Origin: Rhizophagus irregularis
Taxonomy: Eukaryota
DNA: 64,000 bases
Assembly (NCBI RefSeq): GCF_026210795.1
Contig: NC_089436.1
Span: 1,116,001-1,180,000, forward strand
Direction of reading: 5' to 3'
This document shows, piece by piece, positions 54,056-64,000 of the stretch (position 1 is the first letter of the stretch; each line of letters opens with the position of its first letter). A program made the position numbers and the translations under genes. The notes under the pieces were generated by a model. That model was given only the letters and a program-made list of their open reading frames with translations. It searched no databases and was not told where the DNA came from.

Positions 54056-54332
54056 ACTAGTAAGAAACGAAACTTCGAAAAAAAAAACGAAAAAAAAAAT
54101 TACGTTTGTGATATAATACTTATCTTAATTAATTTTCGAGCGAAAAGCCTTAAAAATGTTAAGTTTGAGTTTGTGATATTGAAAACGAATTATAACAACT
54201 AGTAATAAACAAAACTTCGAAAAAAAATACGAAAAAAAAATTGCGTTTGTAATATAATACTTATCTTAATTAATATTTAAGCGAAAAGCCTTAAAAATGT
54301 TAAGTTTGAGTTTGTGATTTTGAAAACGAATA
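54056..54332. repeat. Tandem duplication, about 141-bp unit x2, downstream of copy 7
   Basis: AACTAGTAA.AAAC.AAACTTCGAAAA..GAAAACGAAT repeated at 54056 and 54197. Confidence 0.85.
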
Positions 54333-54425
54333 AATGATATAATAAGAGAAATTCATTTTTTGATTGTAATGAGAATCGAAATATACTATTTAACGCATGA
54401 GAATAAGAAAAAGTGCCAATCCTAA

Positions 54426-54875
54426 TTAATCAATCAACCATAATGGGCGACTGAAATAAATAGCTTTTGAGTGATTTGAGAAAGTATTGAAATTAGAATT
54501 TTCCAAATTTGAGAATTTTGTTTCTTCAGCAGCGTCAAATTGATTTGATAAATCAGATGGGTCAGGGTTATTACAAATTGCTATGACCCAATTTCCCAAA
54601 CATTCGTTAAGCTGAGATGCTGTTGGTCTATTGGATGGATTTGCATCTAGACATTGTATCATTAAGCTGAAGAAAACTGGCGGAGTTCCATTTACAACGC
54701 TCGGTCTCAATCCTAAGCAGATTTCCTGAATTAGTTGTTTGTTAGGTCTATCACAATAAGGACGCACACCAGCTAATAACATCCACATGACAATTCCAAA
54801 ACTACAGATATCAGATTCTTTAGTTGGGGTATTTCCATTAAAAATCTCTGGTGCAACAAAAGGAATTACACCGTA
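54426..54875 (-). pseudogene. Kinase-family copy 7, 5'-truncated duplicate of copy 5
   Basis: Only YGVIPFVAPE..SRPLWLID remains. It abuts a half MITE (54876-54947); exon 1 is absent from the duplicated flank. Confidence 0.88.
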
Positions 54876-55717
54876 ACAAAAATTAAACAAACTATTACAC
54901 ATGAGTACAAATATAAAACAAATTTAACACATTTCATTTTTATAGGGAATTTGTTAATTCGGGAATCAAACATCCTCTCAAGCTCGATCCGGATAATCCA
55001 AGTTCGGGTTACTAATTTGGCCAGCCTATATTTGGCCTAAATTAACTATAGTATTACGTATGCAGAATCGTCATCCGAAGATACGGATCAGATTGTGATA
55101 CAAATTAACGATATACAGTATGTATTTGACTATATTCGGTAAATTTTAAAATTAATTTTACGAAACATACTTGAATAGAACAAATCAAGTGTTCATTCGA
55201 CAGGATTCACAAGAGTCAAAGTTTACATGTTGTCGAAAGTTTTTTCAATTTCGACCGCATTTCGCTCCAAAGCAAAGCCTTGTCAGACCATTTTCTGAAT
55301 AACATTTTCCTGAATATACCTTTTCCCGAATCCAATTTTCTGAATGCCTATTTCCAGAAGATTTTAACGCTCTTTTTCGCTTGATTTATATGAAATTGAA
55401 GTGCCTTGCATTTTTATTTTTAAATAAAGAACGTGTTTAAATAACAAATTCTAAACATGCGATATTAATTACCGCGTGTAAAAGTCTTCAAGTTTGCATA
55501 AACCTGTTCAATTCTTTCCACGTCAGCATGAATTATGTGCTACAGCATGATTTTCTTTGTTGTCATTTTGTCATGTTAGTTCACGTGATCATAAGCCAAT
55601 CATAATGTCTGAATATTTATAGGACCGGCTTTCCGCTTTTGGATAATAAGTATCAACTGATAATCGTGTTGCTCAATTTAGAAACATGGGAGTTTTAATA
55701 ATGAGACAAATCAATTT

Positions 55718-56720
55718 GGTTACACCACGATTTCCCGACAACCTTTTTTCTGACATACCCTTTGCCCGACAACGATCACCCGACAAGACATATTCCCGAA
55801 TGTATATTTTACCGACATAACACATTCCCTAATGGACATTATACCGACATGTTAGTTCTCCCGACATGACATTATCCCGACAACACATTTCCCGACAGAC
55901 ATTTCTCGACATGACATATACATTAAAAAAAGCGATTTCCCGAATTTCCCAATTATTTAAAATAAAACATATGGAGAAAATTTTTTTATTTGTTTATTCA
56001 TATATTTATTTTAGTAAAAATTCGCAATTTCATGTACACTGTATATTTCATTTTAATAGTGCAAATTTTTAATAAAATAACTTGCAGCAACCCGTTGTGT
56101 CCCTACAAAAATTTATTTTAGTTGCATTTATTTATTTCCAGTTATTTTTTTTACAACTTTTTAAAAAAGAATTTGCCATAAGACAATTGTCTTATTAAAT
56201 ATATCCATGTCTTATAAAGTACAACGGTTTAAGAAACCTTTTTTAAAAAAAAAATTGTTATAAAATAGTTATTTTTTAAAAAAAAATGATAATAAATTAA
56301 AAATAAATTTAGATAAAAAAGTAAATTAAAACGGTTTTAAAAAATTATTAAAAAAAATGAAATAATTATTAAATAAATAAATATATATATATATAAAAAC
56401 CATGCTGGTCGTGAAAAATCACATTGAAAAAAAAGGAAAATAAAGAACTGTTAATAACAGTCATTTATATTTATATTTATAAACATGATACATTATAATA
56501 AATTACTTTTTGTAAATCATCTCAACATGTCGGGAAATTTCTGTCGGGATATGTGTTGTCAGGATAATGTCATGTCGGGAAAACTAACATGTAGGTATAA
56601 TGTCCATTAGGGAATGTGTCATGTCGGTAAAATATACATTCGGGAATATGTCTTGTCGGGTAATCATTGTCGGGCAAAGGGTATGTCGGGAAAAAGGTTG
56701 TCGGGAAGTTGTCCGACATT
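55718..56720. mobile_element. MULE-like foldback element with about 190-bp TIRs
   Basis: 55730-55912 is a close reverse complement of 56526-56708, built of CCCGACA subrepeats. 9-bp TSD AATCAATTT/GATCAATTT. Confidence 0.9.
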
Positions 56721-56948
56721 GATCAATTTTACCCCTATTAGTTGATCACTGCAGTATTCCTAATTATCAGAATGATCAGTTATTGGATGGGAATATCTTT
56801 CTTCGTAGTTATTTAATAATTGCTTGTTAAACTATCAAATATGATGTCAACATAATTTAACGTACAGATGTGTATGTCAAACGTAAATAACTTATAAAAA
56901 TGATAAGTTTGCTCTTCATTTTTTTAAAAAAATTGCGAATGCTTCAAG

Positions 56949-58450
56949 ATGTCTGGATCCAAAAAGATATATGGTAAATGTATCAATTGCACACGACAAC
57001 GAATAGCATTAGCATGGTGTAAGAATTGCGATATTGCATTTTTAAAAGATAATTTTCATAATTGGACTAGTGGAAATTCTAAAATAGATGAACTTATTAA
57101 ATATACTCAATTAAATGCTAAAGATAGTATGGATTATCTTGAATGGATCGATTTTGATCAATTCGACTTGGTCGAAGATATTAATAAACGTGGCGCTTTC
57201 AGTTCGATTTATTCAGCAGTATGGATGGAAGGCCCCAAATGGAATCTTGATGAAGAAACCAAAATATGGTCTCGTACTGGTCCAATTAAAGTGATTCTAA
57301 AACGATTAGATGATTCTCAGAACATAGATCGTGAATTTGTAAATCAGGCAAGTAAATTTTATCTATCTTAGTAGCTTGTATACTAGAATTTTATAGATCA
57401 GAGAATTCAAGTAATAAAATTAGAGATATTATAAGGGCCGTGATATTTATTACGTAAAATTTTAGGAGATATTATGTAATAAGTAGTAAAAAAAAGACTC
57501 AAAAAAATTCCGGAAAATCCCGATATTAGTATCCGGATTCTTAATGATTTATGTTAACAGTAAATAATTCGCATGAGAATGATTACGTATGATAACTGAA
57601 AAGTATTAATATTAACTCTTTATTTTTTTTTTCCTTTAAATTTAATCCAATAAAGTTATATAGATATCATAATTGCTTGCAAAGTGGAGCACTTGCAGAT
57701 TGTTTTGGTATAACTAAAGACCCAACATCATGCTACATGTTCGTTATGAGATATTATAAAAATGGGAATTTATACTCGTATCTTGAAGAAACTAGGGGTA
57801 TTCTTTGCTGGAGAGATATTATAGATATGTTATGGTCAGTATCCGCAGGTCTAAATTTCATTCACAAAAATAGTCTTGTTCATGGACATCTACATGGAGG
57901 AAACATATTAGTCGAAAGTAATGTGAACTCTATTGATACTAAAATTGCGGATACTGGATTACACGGACCTTCCGATAAACAGATATTATCCAAACAAATT
58001 TACGGTGTAGTTCCCTTTGTTGCTCCAGAGATCTTTGATGGAAAGACGCCAACTAAAGAATCCGATGTCTATAGTTTCGGAATGGTCATGTGGATGTTAT
58101 CAGCTGGTGTGCGTCCTTATTGTGATAGACCTCATAATAAACAACTAATTCAGGAAATCTGCTTAGGATTAAAACCAGGTGTCGTAAGTGGTACACCACC
58201 TGTTTTCTCCAGTTTAATGTTACAATGTTTAGATGCGAATCCATCAAATAGACCTACAGCATCTCAGCTTGACGAATGTTTAGGAAACTGGGTAGCAATT
58301 TGTGATGATCCTGATCTAGTATCTGATTTATCAAATCAATTTGACGCTGCTGAGGAAACTAATTTCTCAAATTTAAAAAATTCTAAGTTCAATACTTTCG
58401 CGAGTCACGAAAAAGCTTTTTATTTTAGTCGTCCATTATTAGATTGCTAA
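56949..58450 (+). CDS. Cys4-finger + TKL-type (pseudo)kinase, copy 8; exons 56949-57347 and 57656-58450, about 397 aa, GC-AG intron
   Basis: CAG|GCAAGT..AAAG|TTATAT in frame. Motifs HGHLHGGN, DTG, APE. Confidence 0.85.
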
Positions 58451-59428
58451 AGATTGGCGCTCCTTTTTTTTTAATTCTCATACGTTAAATATATTTTTCG
58501 ATTTTTTTAGTTTTTAATTTTATTATAATTTATTAATTTATCGTAGATTTCAATCAGAGATTTAATTCCTTTCATCGTCATTATTTATTCGTTTTTCTGA
58601 AATCATAAACACCGCAAACTCATACTAAACGTTTAAAATAATATGTTCCATAGTTTTTAAGATTTTTCTTTCACAAATAAATTAAGCTAAACCAAACTCC
58701 TATTTCGTTTAAAATAAGATATTATACACAAACACATAATTATTTTTTTTGAATAGTTATACTGTACGTAAAATATAATAGTTACGATATATCATGATAT
58801 CATTATAAGTCAAGAATATATGACGGTAAGTTTTAAATGGTCGTATATGAATTTTGTCTAGCGTAGAATTTCCTTGATATTTTTTTTTCAAAATAAAATT
58901 TTAAAATTTAAAAGGTCATTCCAACTTAATTGTTTGCTTAACCATCTATTTATTTAGTTCTAATAAATACGATAATATATTTGTAAATCTCAAACAAGTT
59001 AAAATGTTGTAAAACTAAATAGAATATACAATATTAGATAAATCCATTATTAAAATAATCAAAACAATATTGTTTAACTATAATATGATTGAAATCGTGT
59101 TATCAACTTATCATACATTGGTTAAAGATTAGTAAAATGACGTAGCAATGGCTTGGCTAATATAAAATATTACAACACTGTGATTAGGATCATTATTTAT
59201 AAAAGACAATAAGACAATTTAATATCTAATCTTTGAAAATAAAAATTTCTGACTTGATACCAAAAAATGAACATAAGAGAATCTAAGAGATAAATAGTTT
59301 CCAATAGAACTTAACTTATTGACCTTAACTTTTAAAATAAGCTTACTTTTCTACGTATGTGTATCGAAAAAAAATAAAAAAACTATTAAGAGTTTAATAA
59401 TTAATGGAGAAAATATTAGTTAGACATA

Positions 59429-59926
59429 CAATCAGAACTCGATATAACGATTCGTGATAAACCGATTTTAGCCTATAACGAACTTTTTTCTCAAACCAAA
59501 ACCGTCTATATTAAATTTTATCACTATATACCGATTTTATTATAAATTTCGCGATATTATATATAACGAAGTCTGATCATAAACCAGTCATATGTATTTA
59601 TTCGCGATAAGCCGATTACCACCTAACTCCGGTCAGAATTAACTTATTCCCGGCTGGCACTATGCAGCGCAGCAGATCACCTGACATTTATGCCTTAATT
59701 TTGGAATTTAATAATTCCTGTAAGAATATGATATTAATAATAAACAAATTAGCACAGCATGTAATACAATTAAAATCATTTTTTTTATTAATAAAAATTT
59801 GGTATACCGAATTTTTATATTTTTTACTATATAATCGGTATATTAAGAATATTTGATTTATCGAATATCCGATATAACGATCCAAAATTGCCTAACCGGA
59901 GGGTTCGTTATATCGAGTTCTGACTG
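59429..59926. mobile_element. Tc1/mariner (pogo-like) MITE with TA TSD
   Basis: TA|CAATCAGAACTCGATATAACGA..TCGTTATATCGAGTTCTGACTG|TA. Confidence 0.9.
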
Positions 59927-60253
59927 TAATACTTGACATAAAGGATCAATCCATATAACTAGTAAGCCACAGTTCTAAAACTGTTCTCTTTAATTTTTTT
60001 TAACATTTATTAAAAAAAATTTTTGAAAAATTTCGTATGAATCTCATTAAATCTGAAGTAGATGATAAATTGTTTAGCCGATTAGTTGATCCGCACATGA
60101 TCACATGACACTGTGATCATATGTCATAAATAAAACTCAATTGATTCATGAATGTTAAACTACTTTCTTAAACTTTCTTAAATATAGAGAAGTTAAACTT
60201 AGAAATTTATTGTGGCACAAAATTGTCACCTTCTATATTTCAGTCGTCAGTTT

Positions 60254-62440
60254 TAGAGTTTGGAACCGTCCTAAAAAACCTTAACCGGTTAATTAACCGG
60301 TTAGGCTGTTCAAATCCAATATTTTGTTTAACATATTAACCCCCTCTTTTTCAATTTTTGGAGGATTTATAAATTTAGGTTAAAATTAGAAGAAATATCC
60401 TAATTAAGCCATAATTTTTTAAGTGTTCAATTAATAAATTATAACATTTAATTCTGGCCATTTTTTTTGTTAAATTCCTCTCCCCGGTAAATCTCAATCT
60501 TGTTATGTTAAATAATATATTGGATTAGTGCTTAATTATAAATGAACGGATTTAGCCCACATTATGCTTAATTTTGTCCAGGATTATGTTTAATTTTGGC
60601 CAAAATATAAACCCAACTATAAAATTTATGATATATTTCTTTTATTTATTTAATCAAATACATTCTTATTTTTCATTTCAAAAAATCATTTTTAATTTTA
60701 ATACATAATATATAAAAACTAAATAATACTGTAACTTATAAATAAAAATAATTAATAATTTGATGTGATTTCATTTCTAAATTTTATAAAATAAAATCAG
60801 TTAGTTTATTATTTATTAATATAAAGTAATATATAATAAAATTATTTACCTTATTTCACATTGAACTTTTTTATTTTCAAGTTTTATGAAGAACCTCCAC
60901 AAAACTTTTTTCATTTTTTCCTGGTTTTTAATTTTTTGTTACTTTGGTCTGCAAATGTTGAAAAAGAAGACCTTTTAGATGTTGAGGTAGATAGTGCTGC
61001 TGATTGTTCAGAAGGAGTTTCTTCTACATCTCTATAATATAAAAATTCCGAAAGGTTGTCATACTCAGACATAATTGTAAATTTTAAAATAAATGAAATA
61101 AAATCTTAAATAAACTTAAAAAAAATATCTTAAAGTGAATTTTATTAATGTTAAATAAATGTATAATTTTTTTTATTAATTTTAAGATAAAAAAAAAGAA
61201 TTTTTTCGTTAACATAAAAATAGATGTATTTAAAAGTTGCAAGAAATTCTCCGATATAGTGTTCCGGGTGGAAAAAGAGAATTCTATAGGCTCTATTAGT
61301 TGTTATTGATAATGATAATATTAAAAAAAGTATGTAAAAACGTGTCTACAAAATTAGAAAAATTAAACTAGTATACAGTATGTGCAAAAGTTGTTTATAC
61401 TTTCGCTTAATCAGTTTTTAAGAAAAACAGGTAGTATTTATTTATTAACACTGTAAATAATACTGTTTAAAACCAAAACCGTATTATGCCAGAATGAACA
61501 ATAAAAATATACCTGAATTTCGAAGAACGAACAAAACGAGACATTTTAACAACTTCAGCAAATTTTAGATAAAAGGCTAAACAAAGAAAAAAAATTCTAT
61601 ATGGTTATTTGAATTGAGATTCGACTTGAATATTCACTCGTCGATCAACTGTATAACCCGAACTTGACTCCCGATTATAGCTTAACCCGGATAAACCAGG
61701 TCAAACTCAAATATTAAATTTTTTTATGATCAGCAAAATTAATCATCAAGTTACATGATTTGTTTTTTCAACCATTTCACAATTTTAATTATAATAATGC
61801 CATCTAATGTACTTTGGCCTTCTGCTATTAAGATTTTTGCTTTTTTTGATTTGGATCTTTATCTGGATGGTATTTCTCTAATGATGCCAAAGATTGGTCG
61901 TATTGGAGTCACCAATTTTTTGTAACCTAGAGTTAAAAAGAATTATTAAATAATAATATAAGTAGTTAATATTAAATGTATATTTTAAATTAAATATTAT
62001 ACTTTAAAATTTTTTACTTATGGACAGCTAAGACAGGTAACTTCGCGATGCGATTTTTGTTCCGGAGAGATTTTTAACAAAAAGCTTACTACGTAAAATT
62101 TTTCGTTTTTCGAGTTGAGTTGTCAGTTCATCAATATCAATAGTCTCAGACATTATATTTTATTTATTAGTAAAGTTTTTAATCATTTCGAGTGATGAAA
62201 AAAAATGCGTCATCCGGGTCACGTCACCCGGGTTGATCTGCTGCTGGGTCAAAGCGTTGCGGATCTCGGGTCAGGTCGATCACTCGGGTTTGATCCGACC
62301 CGTACGGAGCACTAAGTCCGATATATTGTGTATCAGAAAAAATTTTGTATCAAATATGACAATGATCAGCATTTTAACGGTAACCAATTACTAATTTAAC
62401 CGGTTCGGTTAAAAATTGTTTTTTACCCGGTTGACAAATG
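60254..62440 (-). mobile_element. Internally deleted hAT relic related to 33136-33946
   Basis: TAGAGTTTGGAACCG end with TTAACCGGTT repeats at both ends. Flanks GTCAGTTT/TTCAGTTT. Minus strand 61072-60850 reads MSEYDN..W.FFIKLENKKVQC (start of a BED-like finger). Right TIR degenerate. Confidence 0.55.
61257..62314 (-). mobile_element. Second hAT relic nested in the first
   Basis: TAGTGTTCCG / CGGAGCACTA ends, TCCGATA in both flanks, CGGGTC subterminal repeats. Minus strand 62153-61830 has BED-finger remnants (VTCLSC..DSNTTNLW..LEKYHP). Confidence 0.6.
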
Positions 62441-62600
62441 TTCAGTTTAATCTTTAACCTCAATTTAATATTGGTCAGATGCTAGAATGTTCCAGACTAC
62501 AAGTATTTATAAGCTGCTGCTTAAAAACTATAAATAAAAGCGTTTTACTTACTCTTCTTACTCTTCATAATTTTTTTAAAAAAATTACAAACGCTTCAAG

Positions 62601-63008
62601 ATGTCTCAACACGTTGGATCCAGAAAGACATATAATGAATGTTTCGAATGTGCACGACAACGAACAGCAGTAGCATGGTGTAAGAATTGCGATATTGCAT
62701 TTTTAAAAGATAATTTTCATAATTGGACTAGTAGAAATTCTAAAATAGATGATTTTATTAAGTATACTCAGTTAAACGCTAAAGAGAGTATGGATTATCT
62801 TGAATGGATTAATTTTGATCAATTCGACTTGATCGAAAATATTAATAAACGAGGCGCTTTCAGCTCGATTTATTCAGCAGTATGGATGGAAGGCCCAAAA
62901 TGGAATCTTGACGAGGAGGCCGAATTATGGACTCGTACTGGTCCAATTAAGGTGATTCTAAAACGATTAGATAATTCTCAGAACATGGACCATGAATTTA
63001 TTAATCAG
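62601..63008 (+). CDS. Kinase-family copy 9, exon 1 only (exon 2 not within the window)
   Basis: CFEC..WCKNC..GPIKVILKRL..EFINQ, followed by a GC-type donor CAG|GCAGGT. Confidence 0.8.
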
Positions 63009-63035
63009 GCAGGTGAAAGTTTTTATCTGATCTAT

Positions 63036-63143
63036 CCTTATAAAATTTTTTTTCAGAAAATGATCACGTGACTGGGTTTCTTTCGGAATAAAACTAGAAA
63101 AATGATCATTTATCGGAGATTTTTCTAGAATTTTTTTATAGGG
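63036..63143. mobile_element. CCC-family MITE in the copy-9 intron
   Basis: CCTTATAAAA..TTTTTATAGGG ends; interior as in 22148. Confidence 0.8.
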
Positions 63144-63614
63144 TAGCCATAATTCGTTGTATAGTATATAAGTAATAAGATCTGATCTTTAAATTTTATA
63201 TAATTTTTAAACAAATTTAGATCCGTTTCTTCAGTGGATTCGTTATAGATAACAGGTTATGACGATAGTAGTGGAGTACGGTGGAAGTGTTGAGTGGAGT
63301 ACGGTGATATTTAGAAGTAACTTATAAATATGTGAAATGTACTCAAGTGATAAATAATACCTCCCATATTATGATGATGATTTTGACCAGCTCATTTTAT
63401 TTATCACTTGAGTACGTGAACCATCAATTAATTAAATTAAACTTATGTAAACTATTTATTGTAAAGTATCATATAGAAGTTTATTATTAGTAGAGAATTT
63501 TTTTGAAATGGCTTAATTTATGCCGGTTATAAATTAAATACCGGTATTTTAGATTAATTCGGATTTTTTAATTTATAATTTCTCATTTTAAAAAATATTA
63601 TAAATTAACATATA

Positions 63615-63776
63615 CACAGTGAAATTCGATATAATGGAACCATCCGTTCAATTAGTAAAGTTTGTCAAAGATCTGTTATATCGAGAAATCCATTTCATCA
63701 ATAGTAAATTAATGATAAATCCGTTCCAGACCCCAATTCGATATATCAAGGTTCCGGTATATCGAATTTCACAGTG
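63615..63776. mobile_element. Small pogo/Tigger-like MITE
   Basis: CACAGTGAAATTCGATATA..GGAACC inverted against GGTTCC..TATATCGAATTTCACAGTG. Confidence 0.75.
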
Positions 63777-64000
63777 TTAAATTAACATAACAAGTGTTTC
63801 TCGGAAAGTAATTTATCCGTGCACGCCTTGAAACAGAAGCCATTAAATTTCCGAAACTAATTTCGATAAATCGTATTAGTCTTTGTGCAATACTACAAGA
63901 TTAAAGAAGTACACAAACCCTAAAAAAACATGACACCTCGCTTTTTTGAAAAATACTAAAGAAAAAATTTTTTTCTTATTGAGAAGTATCCAAAAAAAAG

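Noticed and set aside
55730..55912. Regularly spaced CCCGACA motifs resembling a CRISPR array (also 15870-15965, 35165-35235, 33150-33250)
   Set aside because: The repeats are too short, are mirrored at the other end of each element, and have no cas genes nearby. They are transposon subterminal repeats.
63615..63641. CACAGTG (RSS heptamer) at a TIR, tempting to link to the RAG1-like transposase
   Set aside because: No nonamer at 12 or 23 bp and no 5-bp TSD. The end fits the CAGT..CGATATA pogo-type MITE ends seen elsewhere in the window.

Overview
Very AT-rich, intron-containing eukaryotic DNA. The gene families and repeats are most consistent with an arbuscular mycorrhizal fungus (Glomeromycotina, Rhizophagus-like); this assignment is an inference. 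The window is a tandem/inverted array of one two-exon gene family: an N-terminal CxxC-x8-WCxxC module followed by a TKL-type kinase fold. There are 6 apparently intact copies, 1 copy running off the right edge, 2 broken copies and about 6 eroded relics. Every readable catalytic loop lacks the HRD aspartate (HGHLHGGN, HGNLHGGN or HRNLHGGN), the Gly loop is degenerate and DFG reads DTG, so this looks like a maintained pseudokinase array. One clade uses a GC-AG intron, and one gene-conversion tract is visible. The spacers hold nested DNA transposons: a near-intact hAT, a pogo relic, MULE-like foldbacks, Tc1/mariner MITEs and a prolific CCC-ended MITE family with mostly 3-bp TSDs. The most unusual element is a decayed 3.6-kb insertion with an intron-containing RAG1-core/Transib-like transposase and a convergent C2H2-finger gene, bounded by an apparent 5-bp duplication. 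Two chains of micro-exon-like units without an obvious ORF are also present. No rRNA, tRNA or CRISPR array was recognised.
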